Assembly: GCA_028280845.1 (NCBI GenBank)
Contig: JANQKZ010000044.1
Location: forward strand, 12,359-76,358
Direction: 5' to 3'
DNA length: 64,000 bases
Origin: Opitutales bacterium
Lineage (GTDB): Bacteria > Verrucomicrobiota > Verrucomicrobiia > Opitutales > JABSRG01
Positions 10,095 to 18,675 of the stretch are shown piece after piece (position 1 is the first letter of the stretch; every line of letters begins with the position of its first letter). The notes below the pieces were generated by a model. The model saw only the letters and a list, made by a program, of their open reading frames with translations. It was not told where the DNA came from and ran no database searches. The position numbers and the translations under genes were made by a program.

Positions 10095-10243
10095 TTTTAC
10101 AAATCATTGTTTCAGTTTTGGGACAATTTCCGCCCCAAATCTTGAAAAAATATTGGTAAATATCGCCATTCAGATTGGGTTAAATTTATTTATAATTTTT
10201 AAATAATTGATTTATAATAACTTATAGGAAACAAAGGGAGTTT

Positions 10244-10262
10244 TGGCATGAGACATGATTGG
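10244..10262 (+). promoter_or_regulatory. Sigma-54-like -24/-12 promoter element upstream of small gene 1
   Basis: Sequence TGGCATGAGACATGATTGG. The -24 TGGCA is canonical, but the -12 position reads ATGA instead of TTGC. The same 19-nt block recurs at 10911 at the same distance (43-45 nt) from the paralog's ATG. Confidence 0.45.
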
Positions 10263-10288
10263 TAATTCGGCGTAACCCATTACACAGC

Positions 10289-10546
10289 ATGACTCAGAAA
10301 ATAATCTCTACGATAAGCATAACCTTCCTGGCCGGCTCCGCTATCTTGGCAGCTGCCAGTTTTCTCCAAATCACCCGAATCGACACCACCCTCACCTTCG
10401 CCCTGCTCACCTTCGCGGTCCTCATCCAAATGACCCGGGAGCAATTCCAGGAAATGGAACCCAGCGGCCTGAGTGTTCGAGACCTGGCCAAGCGCAAAGC
10501 AAACCTTCCCCTCACTTCATCGACCCGCTGGAAGGATGCCGCCTAA
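10289..10546 (+). CDS. Small membrane protein (85 aa), paralog of 10954..11205
   Basis: Starts at ATG 10289 (MTQKIISTISITFLAGSAILAAASFL...). It has two hydrophobic segments and a polar tail ending DAA. Roughly 25 of the first 58 residues are identical to the paralog in an ungapped hand alignment. Confidence 0.6.
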   Translation: MTQKIISTISITFLAGSAILAAASFLQITRIDTTLTFALLTFAVLIQMTREQFQEMEPSGLSVRDLAKRKANLPLTSSTRWKDAA

Positions 10547-10690
10547 GCACTGCCCCCCTTTCATTAACCGGCTGAACACCTCATGCAGATTTACAAGACG
10601 CCGAGCCCTCCTTTGAGGCGCTGATCCTGGAAGGGCTCTCCCACCACCCCTCAGTAGTAAGATAATTACTCGTAGTGCGGTTACCTGACA

Positions 10691-10741
10691 CCGCTGCGAT
10701 TTCGACCCAAGCCTGGTTCGCCATCGTAGCGGTTTTTTTTT
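10691..10741 (+). terminator. Rho-independent terminator after small gene 1
   Basis: A 10-bp stem, CCGCTGCGAT pairing with ATCGTAGCGG (one G-U pair), followed by a T9 run at 10733-10741. Confidence 0.6.
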
Positions 10742-10910
10742 ATTCCTCACCACCCGAAACACCTTGCGGTGTTGAGTCCCGAAATCGGGATTCAGGGATC
10801 CCAATCCTTCAACAAATGTTGGTAAATTTGACCAAGGAACATATACCTACATATTCTAATATTTTTTATATCATTGTATATCAATATTTTATGACTATAT
10901 AAATTTAAAT

Positions 10911-10929
10911 TGGCACGCAACATGATTGT
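10911..10929 (+). promoter_or_regulatory. Sigma-54-like -24/-12 promoter element upstream of small gene 2
   Basis: Sequence TGGCACGCAACATGATTGT. The -24 TGGCACG is canonical and the -12 is non-canonical (ATGA). It is a conserved copy of the 10244 element. Confidence 0.45.
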
Positions 10930-10953
10930 ATCCTGGCATAACCGAACAAGACT

Positions 10954-11205
10954 ATGATTAACAACACAATCACCACCCTCACCCTTTCCTTCCTCGCAGG
11001 CTCTGCCCTCCTTGTTGCTGCCAGCCTGCTTCACCTCGTGCGAGTCGACATCGCCACCGCCTACAGCCTGTTTACCTTGGCTGCGGTAATCGAAATCACC
11101 CGCAATCAAGCGGTCGAGCTCAAACCCATCCGCCTCCCCATTCGACCGGTCGTAAAAATGGAAGCCATGCCTGCGGCCAACGAAGGCGCTCAAGATGCGG
11201 CCTAA
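10954..11205 (+). CDS. Small membrane protein (83 aa), paralog of 10289..10546
   Basis: Sequence MINNTITTLTLSFLAGSALLVAASLL...ITRNQAVELKP...QDAA. It shares the core SFLAGSA-L-AAS, R-D and TR-Q with the paralog, and the same C-terminal DAA. Confidence 0.6.
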   Translation: MINNTITTLTLSFLAGSALLVAASLLHLVRVDIATAYSLFTLAAVIEITRNQAVELKPIRLPIRPVVKMEAMPAANEGAQDAA

Positions 11206-11459
11206 TCCAACCTCGCCAATATTCAAACCAACCCTCCATGCCAACCGCCACAAACTCCGCGCGTCCGGCTCCTGCGCCGCAACCAGGCGAAACATCTCTC
11301 GACAAGACGTTCACCTGGAAGGAGCCAATCCACCGTCCCATTTCCGGGACGAAAACCATCCCAACTTCGCGACAAACGCCTGAACACCCTCAGGACAACT
11401 TGCTCAAAGAAATTTATATTCCTCTATAGATCAGAGACTTGAGACGATATACTTAATTC

Positions 11460-11475
11460 TGGCACAAGCCTTGTT
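11460..11475 (+). promoter_or_regulatory. Sigma-54 promoter candidate for the efflux operon
   Basis: Sequence TGGCACaagccTTGTtt. The spacing from TGG to TTG equals the consensus TGGCAC-N5-TTGC. It lies about 95 nt upstream of the ATG at 11569. Confidence 0.55.
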
Positions 11476-11568
11476 TACTTAGAAACCGAATATCGATTCG
11501 TCCTTGAAGCTGCCACTTCGGATCGTATTCCTCACCCATCGACACCTAACCAGAGAATTTCCCTTGTA

Positions 11569-12822
11569 ATGGATATTGTTCGCAAGGATGTAAGCAAAAA
11601 GAAGCGGATACGAAAGATCGCTGCGATCACGGTCACAGTCGTTGCTGTGATCGCAGTGACTTTTGGTATCAGTCGCTTAGAACCCGCCGCACCCAATGTA
11701 GATCGCAATGCGGTTTGGATCGACGAAGTGAAGCGCGGCCAAATGATCCGCCAGGTACGGGGCATCGGCTCCCTGGTCCCCGAAGACATTCGCTTCATTA
11801 CCGCCGAAACGGGAGGCTTGGTAGAGCGCGTTTATGTTTTACCCGGTGAAATTGTGGACGAATCCACTATCATACTGGAAATCAGTAACCCGGAATTAGA
11901 ACAACAAGAGCTAAACGCCCGCTTGGAACTGGAATCTGCCGAAGCTCAGCTCCTCCGCCTGCGCGTTCAACTGGAGGCCGACCTTCTGCAGCGTAAAAGC
12001 GAGCTGGCTCGCATTGAAAGCGATTTCAAACTCGCCAAATTGACGGCCGAGGTAAACGACGATCTCTTTATTGAGGGATTGCTTTCCGAACGCGACCTCA
12101 AAACCTCGCAGATTCGCGCTGAAACCCTCGCGACCCAGTTTGAACTGGAAAAACAACGTCTCGAATTTGCCGAGCGCTCGCTCGCCCCGCAGTTGAAAGC
12201 ACAGGAAGCCGACGCCAATCAGGCCCGGACCCGACTCGAACTGCTTGAAAAGCAGGTGCGCAACTTAAAGATCAGACCCACCAGCCGCGGCGTCCTCCAG
12301 AAAATGGAGATCGAAGTCGGCCAGCAAATCAGCCAGGGTCAAAGCCTCGCAGAGGTCGTCAATCCACAGAATTTGAAAGCCGTTGTCCGAATTCCTGAAA
12401 CCCAGGCACGGGACGTTCAGGCTGGCCAGATCGCAAAGGTGGATACACGCAATGGGATCATCGATGGCGAAGTGATGCGGGTAGACCCCAATGTCGAAAA
12501 CGGAACCGTAGAGGTGGATATCCGCCTCGTGGGCGACCTTCCCAAGGGCGCTCGCCCTGACCTTACCGTGGAAGGCACCGTCGAACTTGAAAACCTCCAG
12601 GACGTCCTCTTCGTCGGCCGGCCTGCGTTTGGCCGGGCCAACAGCACCATTGGTGTCTTTAAACTGGAACGCGGCAGCAATATCGCCGTTCGCGCCCCGG
12701 TTCAATTCGGTCGTATATCCTCGACCACCATTGAGGTTATCCAGGGCCTGGAGCCCGGCGATCGTATCATTTTATCGGATACAGCCCAATGGGACCAACA
12801 CGACCGTATCCAAGTTAATTAA
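11569..12822 (+). CDS. HlyD-family periplasmic adaptor (MacA-like membrane fusion protein)
   Basis: N-terminal TM anchor, a long coiled-coil hairpin region (LELESAEAQLLRLRVQLEADLLQRK...), and C-terminal beta-barrel-like domains. It lies directly upstream of the ABC ATPase. Confidence 0.85.
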   Translation: MDIVRKDVSKKKRIRKIAAITVTVVAVIAVTFGISRLEPAAPNVDRNAVWIDEVKRGQMIRQVRGIGSLVPEDIRFITAETGGLVERVYVLPGEIVDESTIILEISNPELEQQELNARLELESAEAQLLRLRVQLEADLLQRKSELARIESDFKLAKLTAEVNDDLFIEGLLSERDLKTSQIRAETLATQFELEKQRLEFAERSLAPQLKAQEADANQARTRLELLEKQVRNLKIRPTSRGVLQKMEIEVGQQISQGQSLAEVVNPQNLKAVVRIPETQARDVQAGQIAKVDTRNGIIDGEVMRVDPNVENGTVEVDIRLVGDLPKGARPDLTVEGTVELENLQDVLFVGRPAFGRANSTIGVFKLERGSNIAVRAPVQFGRISSTTIEVIQGLEPGDRIILSDTAQWDQHDRIQVN

Positions 12823-12864
12823 TCCCTCTCCTTCTGGAACTGCTTTAACTCACACACCCACATC

Positions 12865-13569
12865 ATGGCTACTGAAGACAAATCACTGATTAAACTGGAA
12901 GGCATCACCAAAGTCTTTCTCACCGACGAAATCGAAACCCACGCCCTTTCAGGAATTCACCTCGATATTTTTCCCGGGGAGTTTGTCTCCATTGCAGGCC
13001 CATCCGGTTGCGGAAAGTCCACCCTGCTTTCCATCCTTGGATTGCTGGATTCTCCTACGGATGGGAAATATCTGCTAGATGAACATCCAGTGGCCAACCT
13101 GTCGCGGGAGGAGCGGGCCCGCATCCGCAACCGTGAAATCGGATTCATCTTCCAGAGCTTCAATCTGATCGGAGATCTTTCCGTCTACGAAAATGTGGAA
13201 CTGCCCCTGATTTACCGTGGAATGAAACCCTCCGAACGGAAGTCCCGAGTGTCGGCCGCCCTGGACAAAGTACAAATGATTCACCGGAAGAACCACCTGC
13301 CCAGCCAGCTTTCCGGCGGACAACAACAGCGGGTGGCCGTGGCCCGGGCCCTGGCCGGAGATCCTAAAATCCTCCTCGCGGACGAGCCGACCGGTAACCT
13401 CGATTCCAAGAATGGTGAGACGGTCATGAACTTGCTCGGACAACTCAATGATGAAGGCGCAACCATCTGTATGGTTACTCACGACGACCGTTACGCCCAC
13501 CACGCCAAGCGAATTGTTTCCCTGCTCGATGGTAAAATCGTCGACGAGGAAGTGGTTGCGAAGGCTTAG
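12865..13569 (+). CDS. ABC transporter ATP-binding protein (MacB/LolD type)
   Basis: Walker [11 protein letters not shown]-loop, signature [15 protein letters not shown], Walker [13 protein letters not shown], and H-loop VTHD. Confidence 0.9.
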   Translation: MATEDKSLIKLEGITKVFLTDEIETHALSGIHLDIFPGEFVSIAGPSGCGKSTLLSILGLLDSPTDGKYLLDEHPVANLSREERARIRNREIGFIFQSFNLIGDLSVYENVELPLIYRGMKPSERKSRVSAALDKVQMIHRKNHLPSQLSGGQQQRVAVARALAGDPKILLADEPTGNLDSKNGETVMNLLGQLNDEGATICMVTHDDRYAHHAKRIVSLLDGKIVDEEVVAKA

Positions 13570-13665
13570 ACTGCCATCCCCGCTCCGCTTCTCTTTTTCC
13601 CCTTTCCTAAATCTCAACCTCGGCGAGGCAGGGCATTCCCCCTGCCTCGTTTTGTCTGAACATCT

Positions 13666-16140
13666 ATGCTGGACACAACCCTCAAAGAAGTCAGGTTCGC
13701 CTCACGCATGCTCGCCAAGCGCCCTGGCTTCAGCATCCTTGCTATCCTTACACTGGCTATCGGCATCGGGCTCACCACCCAGATGTATACCGTAGTCGAC
13801 GCACTCTTCTTCCGCGGCCTTCCCTATGAAAATGAAGACCGCCTCGTCAACCTGTCATCATGGAACCGGGCCCAGAACTTCCAGATGGGAGGAATCAGTG
13901 TCCATGATCTGGACTATTTCCGTGAACGCCAGACGAGCTTCGAGGCTTTTACAACCTACGGAACCGGAACCATTAATCTTTCCCAGGAAGGAAATCCTGA
14001 ACGCGTCGACGGAGCCTTTGTCGAGGACAACCTCTTCGCCTTGTTGGGGATTGAACCCTACATGGGTCGACTCTTCCAGCCTGGAGAGAGTGACCCCGGA
14101 GCCCAACGGGTTGCCGTCATCGCTCACAGCATCTGGCAACGCCGCTTTGCCAGTGACCCCGATATCCTGAACCAAACGATTCGGGTCAATGGGGAAGTGG
14201 TTCCCATTGTTGGGGTGCTACCACCCAATACCCATTGGCCAAACCGGGAGGAAATATACACAAACCGCACCGTAGATGTTGCGGGGACCCAACGGGAGCG
14301 CTGGGGCAACCGCCCTGGCACCATCGGACTCCTGAGAGCGGGTGTCACCCTGGATGAAGCCACGACCCAACTTATTGGATTCGCGGGAATTCTCGAAGAA
14401 GAATTTCCCGACTCCAACGAAGGGGTCACCGTCCAGGTCGAGCCCCTGATCAATAATTTTCAGGACGACGGTTCCCGCAGTGCGGTGTCCTCCATGTTCT
14501 TCTCCACCATCTTCGTCCTGATCATCGCCTGTGCCAATGTGGCTAACCTGCTCCTGGCCCGGTCTACCTTGCGCCAGAAGGAGATGGCGATTCGGAGTGC
14601 CCTGGGAGCCAATCGCTGGGCCATCATGCGCCAGATCTTGCTTGAAAGCACCCTGCTCTCATCCATCGGGGCAGTGTTTGGCATCATCTATGCCCTGGTC
14701 GGACTCAAGCTCCTGGAAAATGCAGTGGCTATGATGAATCTCCCTCCGTGGATGGAGATCTCATTCAATTCCAAAGTGCTTCCCTTCATCATCTTGATCA
14801 CTCTGGTTTCCGGAGTGCTCGCGGGCTTACTTCCGGCGCTGTATTCCTCCAAAACAGACGTTAACGAAATCCTGAAAGATGACACCCGCACCGGCACCGG
14901 CAGACTCACCGGCCTGGCGAGTAAGTTTCTGGTTGTCTTTCAAATAGCCCTGACCTGTATCGTGTTGATCTGCACGGGACTCACAATTCGCACGATCATG
15001 AACATTCAGAATGTGGATCTCGGGTTCAACCCCGACAACATCCTGACCGCTCGGATCGGCTTGTTTGAAGGGGATTACCCGGACCAGGAAGCACAGATGA
15101 TCTTCATGGACCGCTTGACCGAAACCATGCGAAATCAGCCCGGCGTTGAATCCGTGACCACCTTTACACGCTATCCCGGGCGAGGCGGTTGGTTTGGCCC
15201 CGAATTCCGATATGTCCTGCAAGAAGGAGCCAAGTTTACCTCGGAACAGGATCTCCCTGTCGTGCGAATGAATGTTATCGGCGAAAACTTTTTTAATGTC
15301 TTTCAATCACAGGTCCTCACCGGGCGGGACTTCAATGAAGGGGATGTCTTACCCGAAAACTATTTCGCTCCCGAAACCTTCCGCCCCGCCCTGATCAATA
15401 CCGGCATGGCCGAACAGCTATGGCCGGGAGAGGACCCCATTGGAAAACGCTTCAGCATGCCGGATGGAACCTCACAGGGGCAGAGCGCTTCCTTCTTTTT
15501 TACCATAGTTGGAACGGTGTCCGATATGAATATGAACGGGATCAACGACAATCAGAGCCCGGGCAATGGATTCTACCTCCCCATTCGGCAACAGCCTCCT
15601 CGCTTTTTCACCATCGCGGTGCGCACCCGGCAGGACCCCATGCAAATGGCCCCTACCTTGCGACAGGAAATCTCCCGACTCGACCCGAACCTTCCGATCT
15701 ACTGGGTAGAGTCGATGAATGATCGGCTGGAAGAAGTCATCTTCGGCCAGCTCATTACGCGTAATCTTTTTACCCTCTTTGGGATTTGCGCCCTCATCCT
15801 TGCCTGTATCGGCTTATATGGCGTCATGAGTTATTCCGTGAACCAGAGAACCCAGGAAATTGGAATCCGTATGGCCATCGGGGCCAATGGAAATCGAGTA
15901 CTCCGCATGGTCATTTGGCAAGGCAGCCGGCAGGTTATCCTCGGCCTGATCCTTGGATTGATTGGTGCCTTCTTTGCCACCAACTTCCTCGCCACCCTGT
16001 TGTACGATGTGAATCCAAGAGACCCCATCACGTTTGGCGCCGTCGTCCTCATTCTCGTTGCCGTCGCGCTCTTATCTATTTTTGTTCCGGCGCGCCGGGC
16101 TTCACGGGTAGACCCGGCCAAGGCGCTGCACACTCAATGA
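13666..16140 (+). CDS. Duplicated FtsX/MacB-type ABC permease (ADOP-like, ~820 aa), copy 1
   Basis: 824 aa. It contains two FtsX modules, each preceded by a large periplasmic domain. The N-terminus (RMLAKRPGFSILAILTLAIGIG) and the C-terminus (RRASRVDPAKALHTQ) match the family pattern as I remember it. Confidence 0.8.
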   Translation: MLDTTLKEVRFASRMLAKRPGFSILAILTLAIGIGLTTQMYTVVDALFFRGLPYENEDRLVNLSSWNRAQNFQMGGISVHDLDYFRERQTSFEAFTTYGTGTINLSQEGNPERVDGAFVEDNLFALLGIEPYMGRLFQPGESDPGAQRVAVIAHSIWQRRFASDPDILNQTIRVNGEVVPIVGVLPPNTHWPNREEIYTNRTVDVAGTQRERWGNRPGTIGLLRAGVTLDEATTQLIGFAGILEEEFPDSNEGVTVQVEPLINNFQDDGSRSAVSSMFFSTIFVLIIACANVANLLLARSTLRQKEMAIRSALGANRWAIMRQILLESTLLSSIGAVFGIIYALVGLKLLENAVAMMNLPPWMEISFNSKVLPFIILITLVSGVLAGLLPALYSSKTDVNEILKDDTRTGTGRLTGLASKFLVVFQIALTCIVLICTGLTIRTIMNIQNVDLGFNPDNILTARIGLFEGDYPDQEAQMIFMDRLTETMRNQPGVESVTTFTRYPGRGGWFGPEFRYVLQEGAKFTSEQDLPVVRMNVIGENFFNVFQSQVLTGRDFNEGDVLPENYFAPETFRPALINTGMAEQLWPGEDPIGKRFSMPDGTSQGQSASFFFTIVGTVSDMNMNGINDNQSPGNGFYLPIRQQPPRFFTIAVRTRQDPMQMAPTLRQEISRLDPNLPIYWVESMNDRLEEVIFGQLITRNLFTLFGICALILACIGLYGVMSYSVNQRTQEIGIRMAIGANGNRVLRMVIWQGSRQVILGLILGLIGAFFATNFLATLLYDVNPRDPITFGAVVLILVAVALLSIFVPARRASRVDPAKALHTQ

Positions 16141-16224
16141 CTTTGATAACCTAAGACCACCAAATACATCGGGGCACCGAGGGCGATTGCTCTCGGTGCC
16201 TCCCCGATTTTTCATCACCCCTGT

Positions 16225-18663
16225 ATGAATCAGGAACTCCAGTATGCCTTTCGACTACTAAGGAAGGATAAGATTTTTGCCCTCTTGGCTGTCCTCACTC
16301 TGTCCATAGGGGCGGGTCTGGTTATTACCATGTTCAGTGTGGTGAATGGAATCTACCTCAAAGGCCTGCCCTTTGAAAAAGATGAGCGACTCGTTCATCT
16401 GGAACGCGACAATATTGAGCGCGGCTTAAAGGGGCTGAGTGTCACCGTGGATGACTTCGTGGATTGGCAGAGCGGCAACGATAGCTTCGAAGCCTTGGGG
16501 GCTTACCGCACCGACATGGCCCTCACCCTGGCGACCGAGGGGATTCAGCCCCAACGTTTTCAGAGTGCAAAAATATCCGTTAATTTTTCTAAAATCCTCA
16601 TGACGGAACCTGCGGTCGGGCGCAGCTTCAGTGAAGATGATACGCAGGCCGAGGCGCCTCCAGTCGCAATGATCAGCTACTCCGTCTGGGAGCGCTTATT
16701 CAATGCCAATAGGGCTGTTGTAGGATCAACCGCTACGATCAATGATGAGCCCACAACCATCATTGGCGTCATGCCCAAAGGCTTTTCTTTTCCTACCAAT
16801 GAGGAAGTATGGACTCCGCTTCGGCTGAATAAAACCGAGGGAGTCCGCCAACGCTGGGGTGACCTGCAGGTGTTTGGCCGGCTCAAAGCAGGCACTACAA
16901 TCAACCAGGCCCGCATTGAATTTGAGAAGATGGCCATCGCCCTCGAAGAGGCTTACCCGGAAGAAAACGCGGGAATCCGCCCCGTGCTGAAGCCCTTTCT
17001 CTTTGAATACTCCGGTGGACAGGTACAGAAGACAGTAACCCTCATGTTCATCGCAGTTTGCTGCGTCCTGCTCATCGCCTGCGCCAACGTGACCAACCTG
17101 CTCCTGGTTCGCGCTGTCCAGCGAGGCCGGGAACTGGCTATCCGCTCAGCCCTGGGAGCCACCCGCGCAGCCATGATCCGGCAGATGTTCCTGGAAAGCA
17201 TTCTCATTTCCGTCGCTGGCTCCCTCATTGGCCTGCTTCTTGGAGCCTGGGCTATAGATGCTATCTGGTGGGTAATCGAATCGACCCGCCCGCCCTTCTG
17301 GTATGATTTCTCCCTGGATTGGCGAGTCTTTGGATTTGTCATTCTCGTGACCATCCTCATGGCCATTGCCTCTGGACTCATTCCGGCCCTCCAGGCGTCC
17401 AGGCCCAACGTGAATGCCATGCTGAAGGATATCACCCGCACGACGACCAACTTCCGGATCGGAGCCTTCAGCAAAGTCCTGGTCGTCGCTCAGATCGCTC
17501 TCTCCTGCGCCCTGCTCATCGCCGCCGGCCTCACCATCAGGACACTCGTGAACTTACAAGAAATGCCCCTGCAGTTCGACTCAGAGCGGGTGCTAACGGC
17601 TCGTATCAGCCTGTTTGAGAACTCCTACCCCAGCACCATTTCTCGTATCCAATTTTTCAATACACTGGAAACCGGTATCCGGGAAGCTCCGGGTGTCGAG
17701 CACGCATCCATCGCCAGCAACCCACCGGGGGGCGGCTCCAGCTATACCTACTTTGCGGTCGACGGCAGTGAAGCCCAACCCTCTCCCGATTTTCCTTTCT
17801 GCCGGATTGACATGGTCTCCGATACCTTTTTTGAAACCTACGGGGTCGAAGCTCGGGCTGGCCGGGTATTCGATTATCGAGACCAGGATCAGCGTTTAAA
17901 CTCGGTTCTGGTTAATGAGGCCTTCCTTCAGCGCCATTTACCCGGTCAAAAAAATCCGGTGGGACGTCGAATCAAAATCCACAGCGGAGAACCCGGATGG
18001 GAAAGTAATCCCTGGCTTACGATTGTCGGAGTCGTGCCGGACCTTCGCATGAATGGCCTGATTGACGACGGGGGGACCGGAGCCGGCCTCTATCTTCCAT
18101 TAAATCAGATTCCCCCCACCATGGTTACCCTCTCTGTAAAATCGATAGAGGGCCTCGATCCCACCGCCCTGGTGGCAGAGATCCGACAAGCCGTCAAAGC
18201 GCTCAACCCGAATCTTCCCCTCTTCGACATAATGACCTTTAGTCAGCTGAAGGAAGAGCAAACCTTTTTCTTTAAGGTGGTCGGCGCCGTGTTCTCTGCC
18301 TTCGGCCTGGTATCCATCGGGCTGGCTACTATCGGTATCTACGGGGTCATGTCCTTCACCGTTAGACAGAGCTCCCAGGAGATCGGGATTCGGATGGCAC
18401 TGGGGGCCGACCGTGGTGAAATCCTGCAATTCATCCTCGGGCAAGGAATCTGGCAGTTATCCATTGGCCTGGGAATCGGTATGATTATAGCAGTCGGCAT
18501 TACCGAAGTACTCGATATCGCTCTTTACGAGGTCGCTCCGAACGACCCCCTTACCTTCCTGACCGTCGTGGTCATCCTTTCTATGGTAGGCCTGAGCGCT
18601 TCCTTCTTCCCCGCCCTTAAGGCCTCCCACATCCAACCCCTCGAAGCCCTCCGAGCCCACTAA
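16225..18663 (+). CDS. Duplicated FtsX/MacB-type ABC permease (ADOP-like), copy 2
   Basis: 812 aa with the same architecture as copy 1. Conserved blocks include ACANVTNLLLVRAVQRGRELAIRSALGA and EIGIRMALGA. Confidence 0.8.
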   Translation: MNQELQYAFRLLRKDKIFALLAVLTLSIGAGLVITMFSVVNGIYLKGLPFEKDERLVHLERDNIERGLKGLSVTVDDFVDWQSGNDSFEALGAYRTDMALTLATEGIQPQRFQSAKISVNFSKILMTEPAVGRSFSEDDTQAEAPPVAMISYSVWERLFNANRAVVGSTATINDEPTTIIGVMPKGFSFPTNEEVWTPLRLNKTEGVRQRWGDLQVFGRLKAGTTINQARIEFEKMAIALEEAYPEENAGIRPVLKPFLFEYSGGQVQKTVTLMFIAVCCVLLIACANVTNLLLVRAVQRGRELAIRSALGATRAAMIRQMFLESILISVAGSLIGLLLGAWAIDAIWWVIESTRPPFWYDFSLDWRVFGFVILVTILMAIASGLIPALQASRPNVNAMLKDITRTTTNFRIGAFSKVLVVAQIALSCALLIAAGLTIRTLVNLQEMPLQFDSERVLTARISLFENSYPSTISRIQFFNTLETGIREAPGVEHASIASNPPGGGSSYTYFAVDGSEAQPSPDFPFCRIDMVSDTFFETYGVEARAGRVFDYRDQDQRLNSVLVNEAFLQRHLPGQKNPVGRRIKIHSGEPGWESNPWLTIVGVVPDLRMNGLIDDGGTGAGLYLPLNQIPPTMVTLSVKSIEGLDPTALVAEIRQAVKALNPNLPLFDIMTFSQLKEEQTFFFKVVGAVFSAFGLVSIGLATIGIYGVMSFTVRQSSQEIGIRMALGADRGEILQFILGQGIWQLSIGLGIGMIIAVGITEVLDIALYEVAPNDPLTFLTVVVILSMVGLSASFFPALKASHIQPLEALRAH

Positions 18664-18675
18664 CCCTATCGCATC

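Noticed and set aside
10792-11295. A 167-aa minus-strand ORF covering the second small gene and its promoter region.
   Set aside because: It runs through the AT-rich promoter DNA and antisense to an ORF that has a conserved paralog. The paralog conservation is in the plus-strand frame, so the plus-strand gene is preferred.
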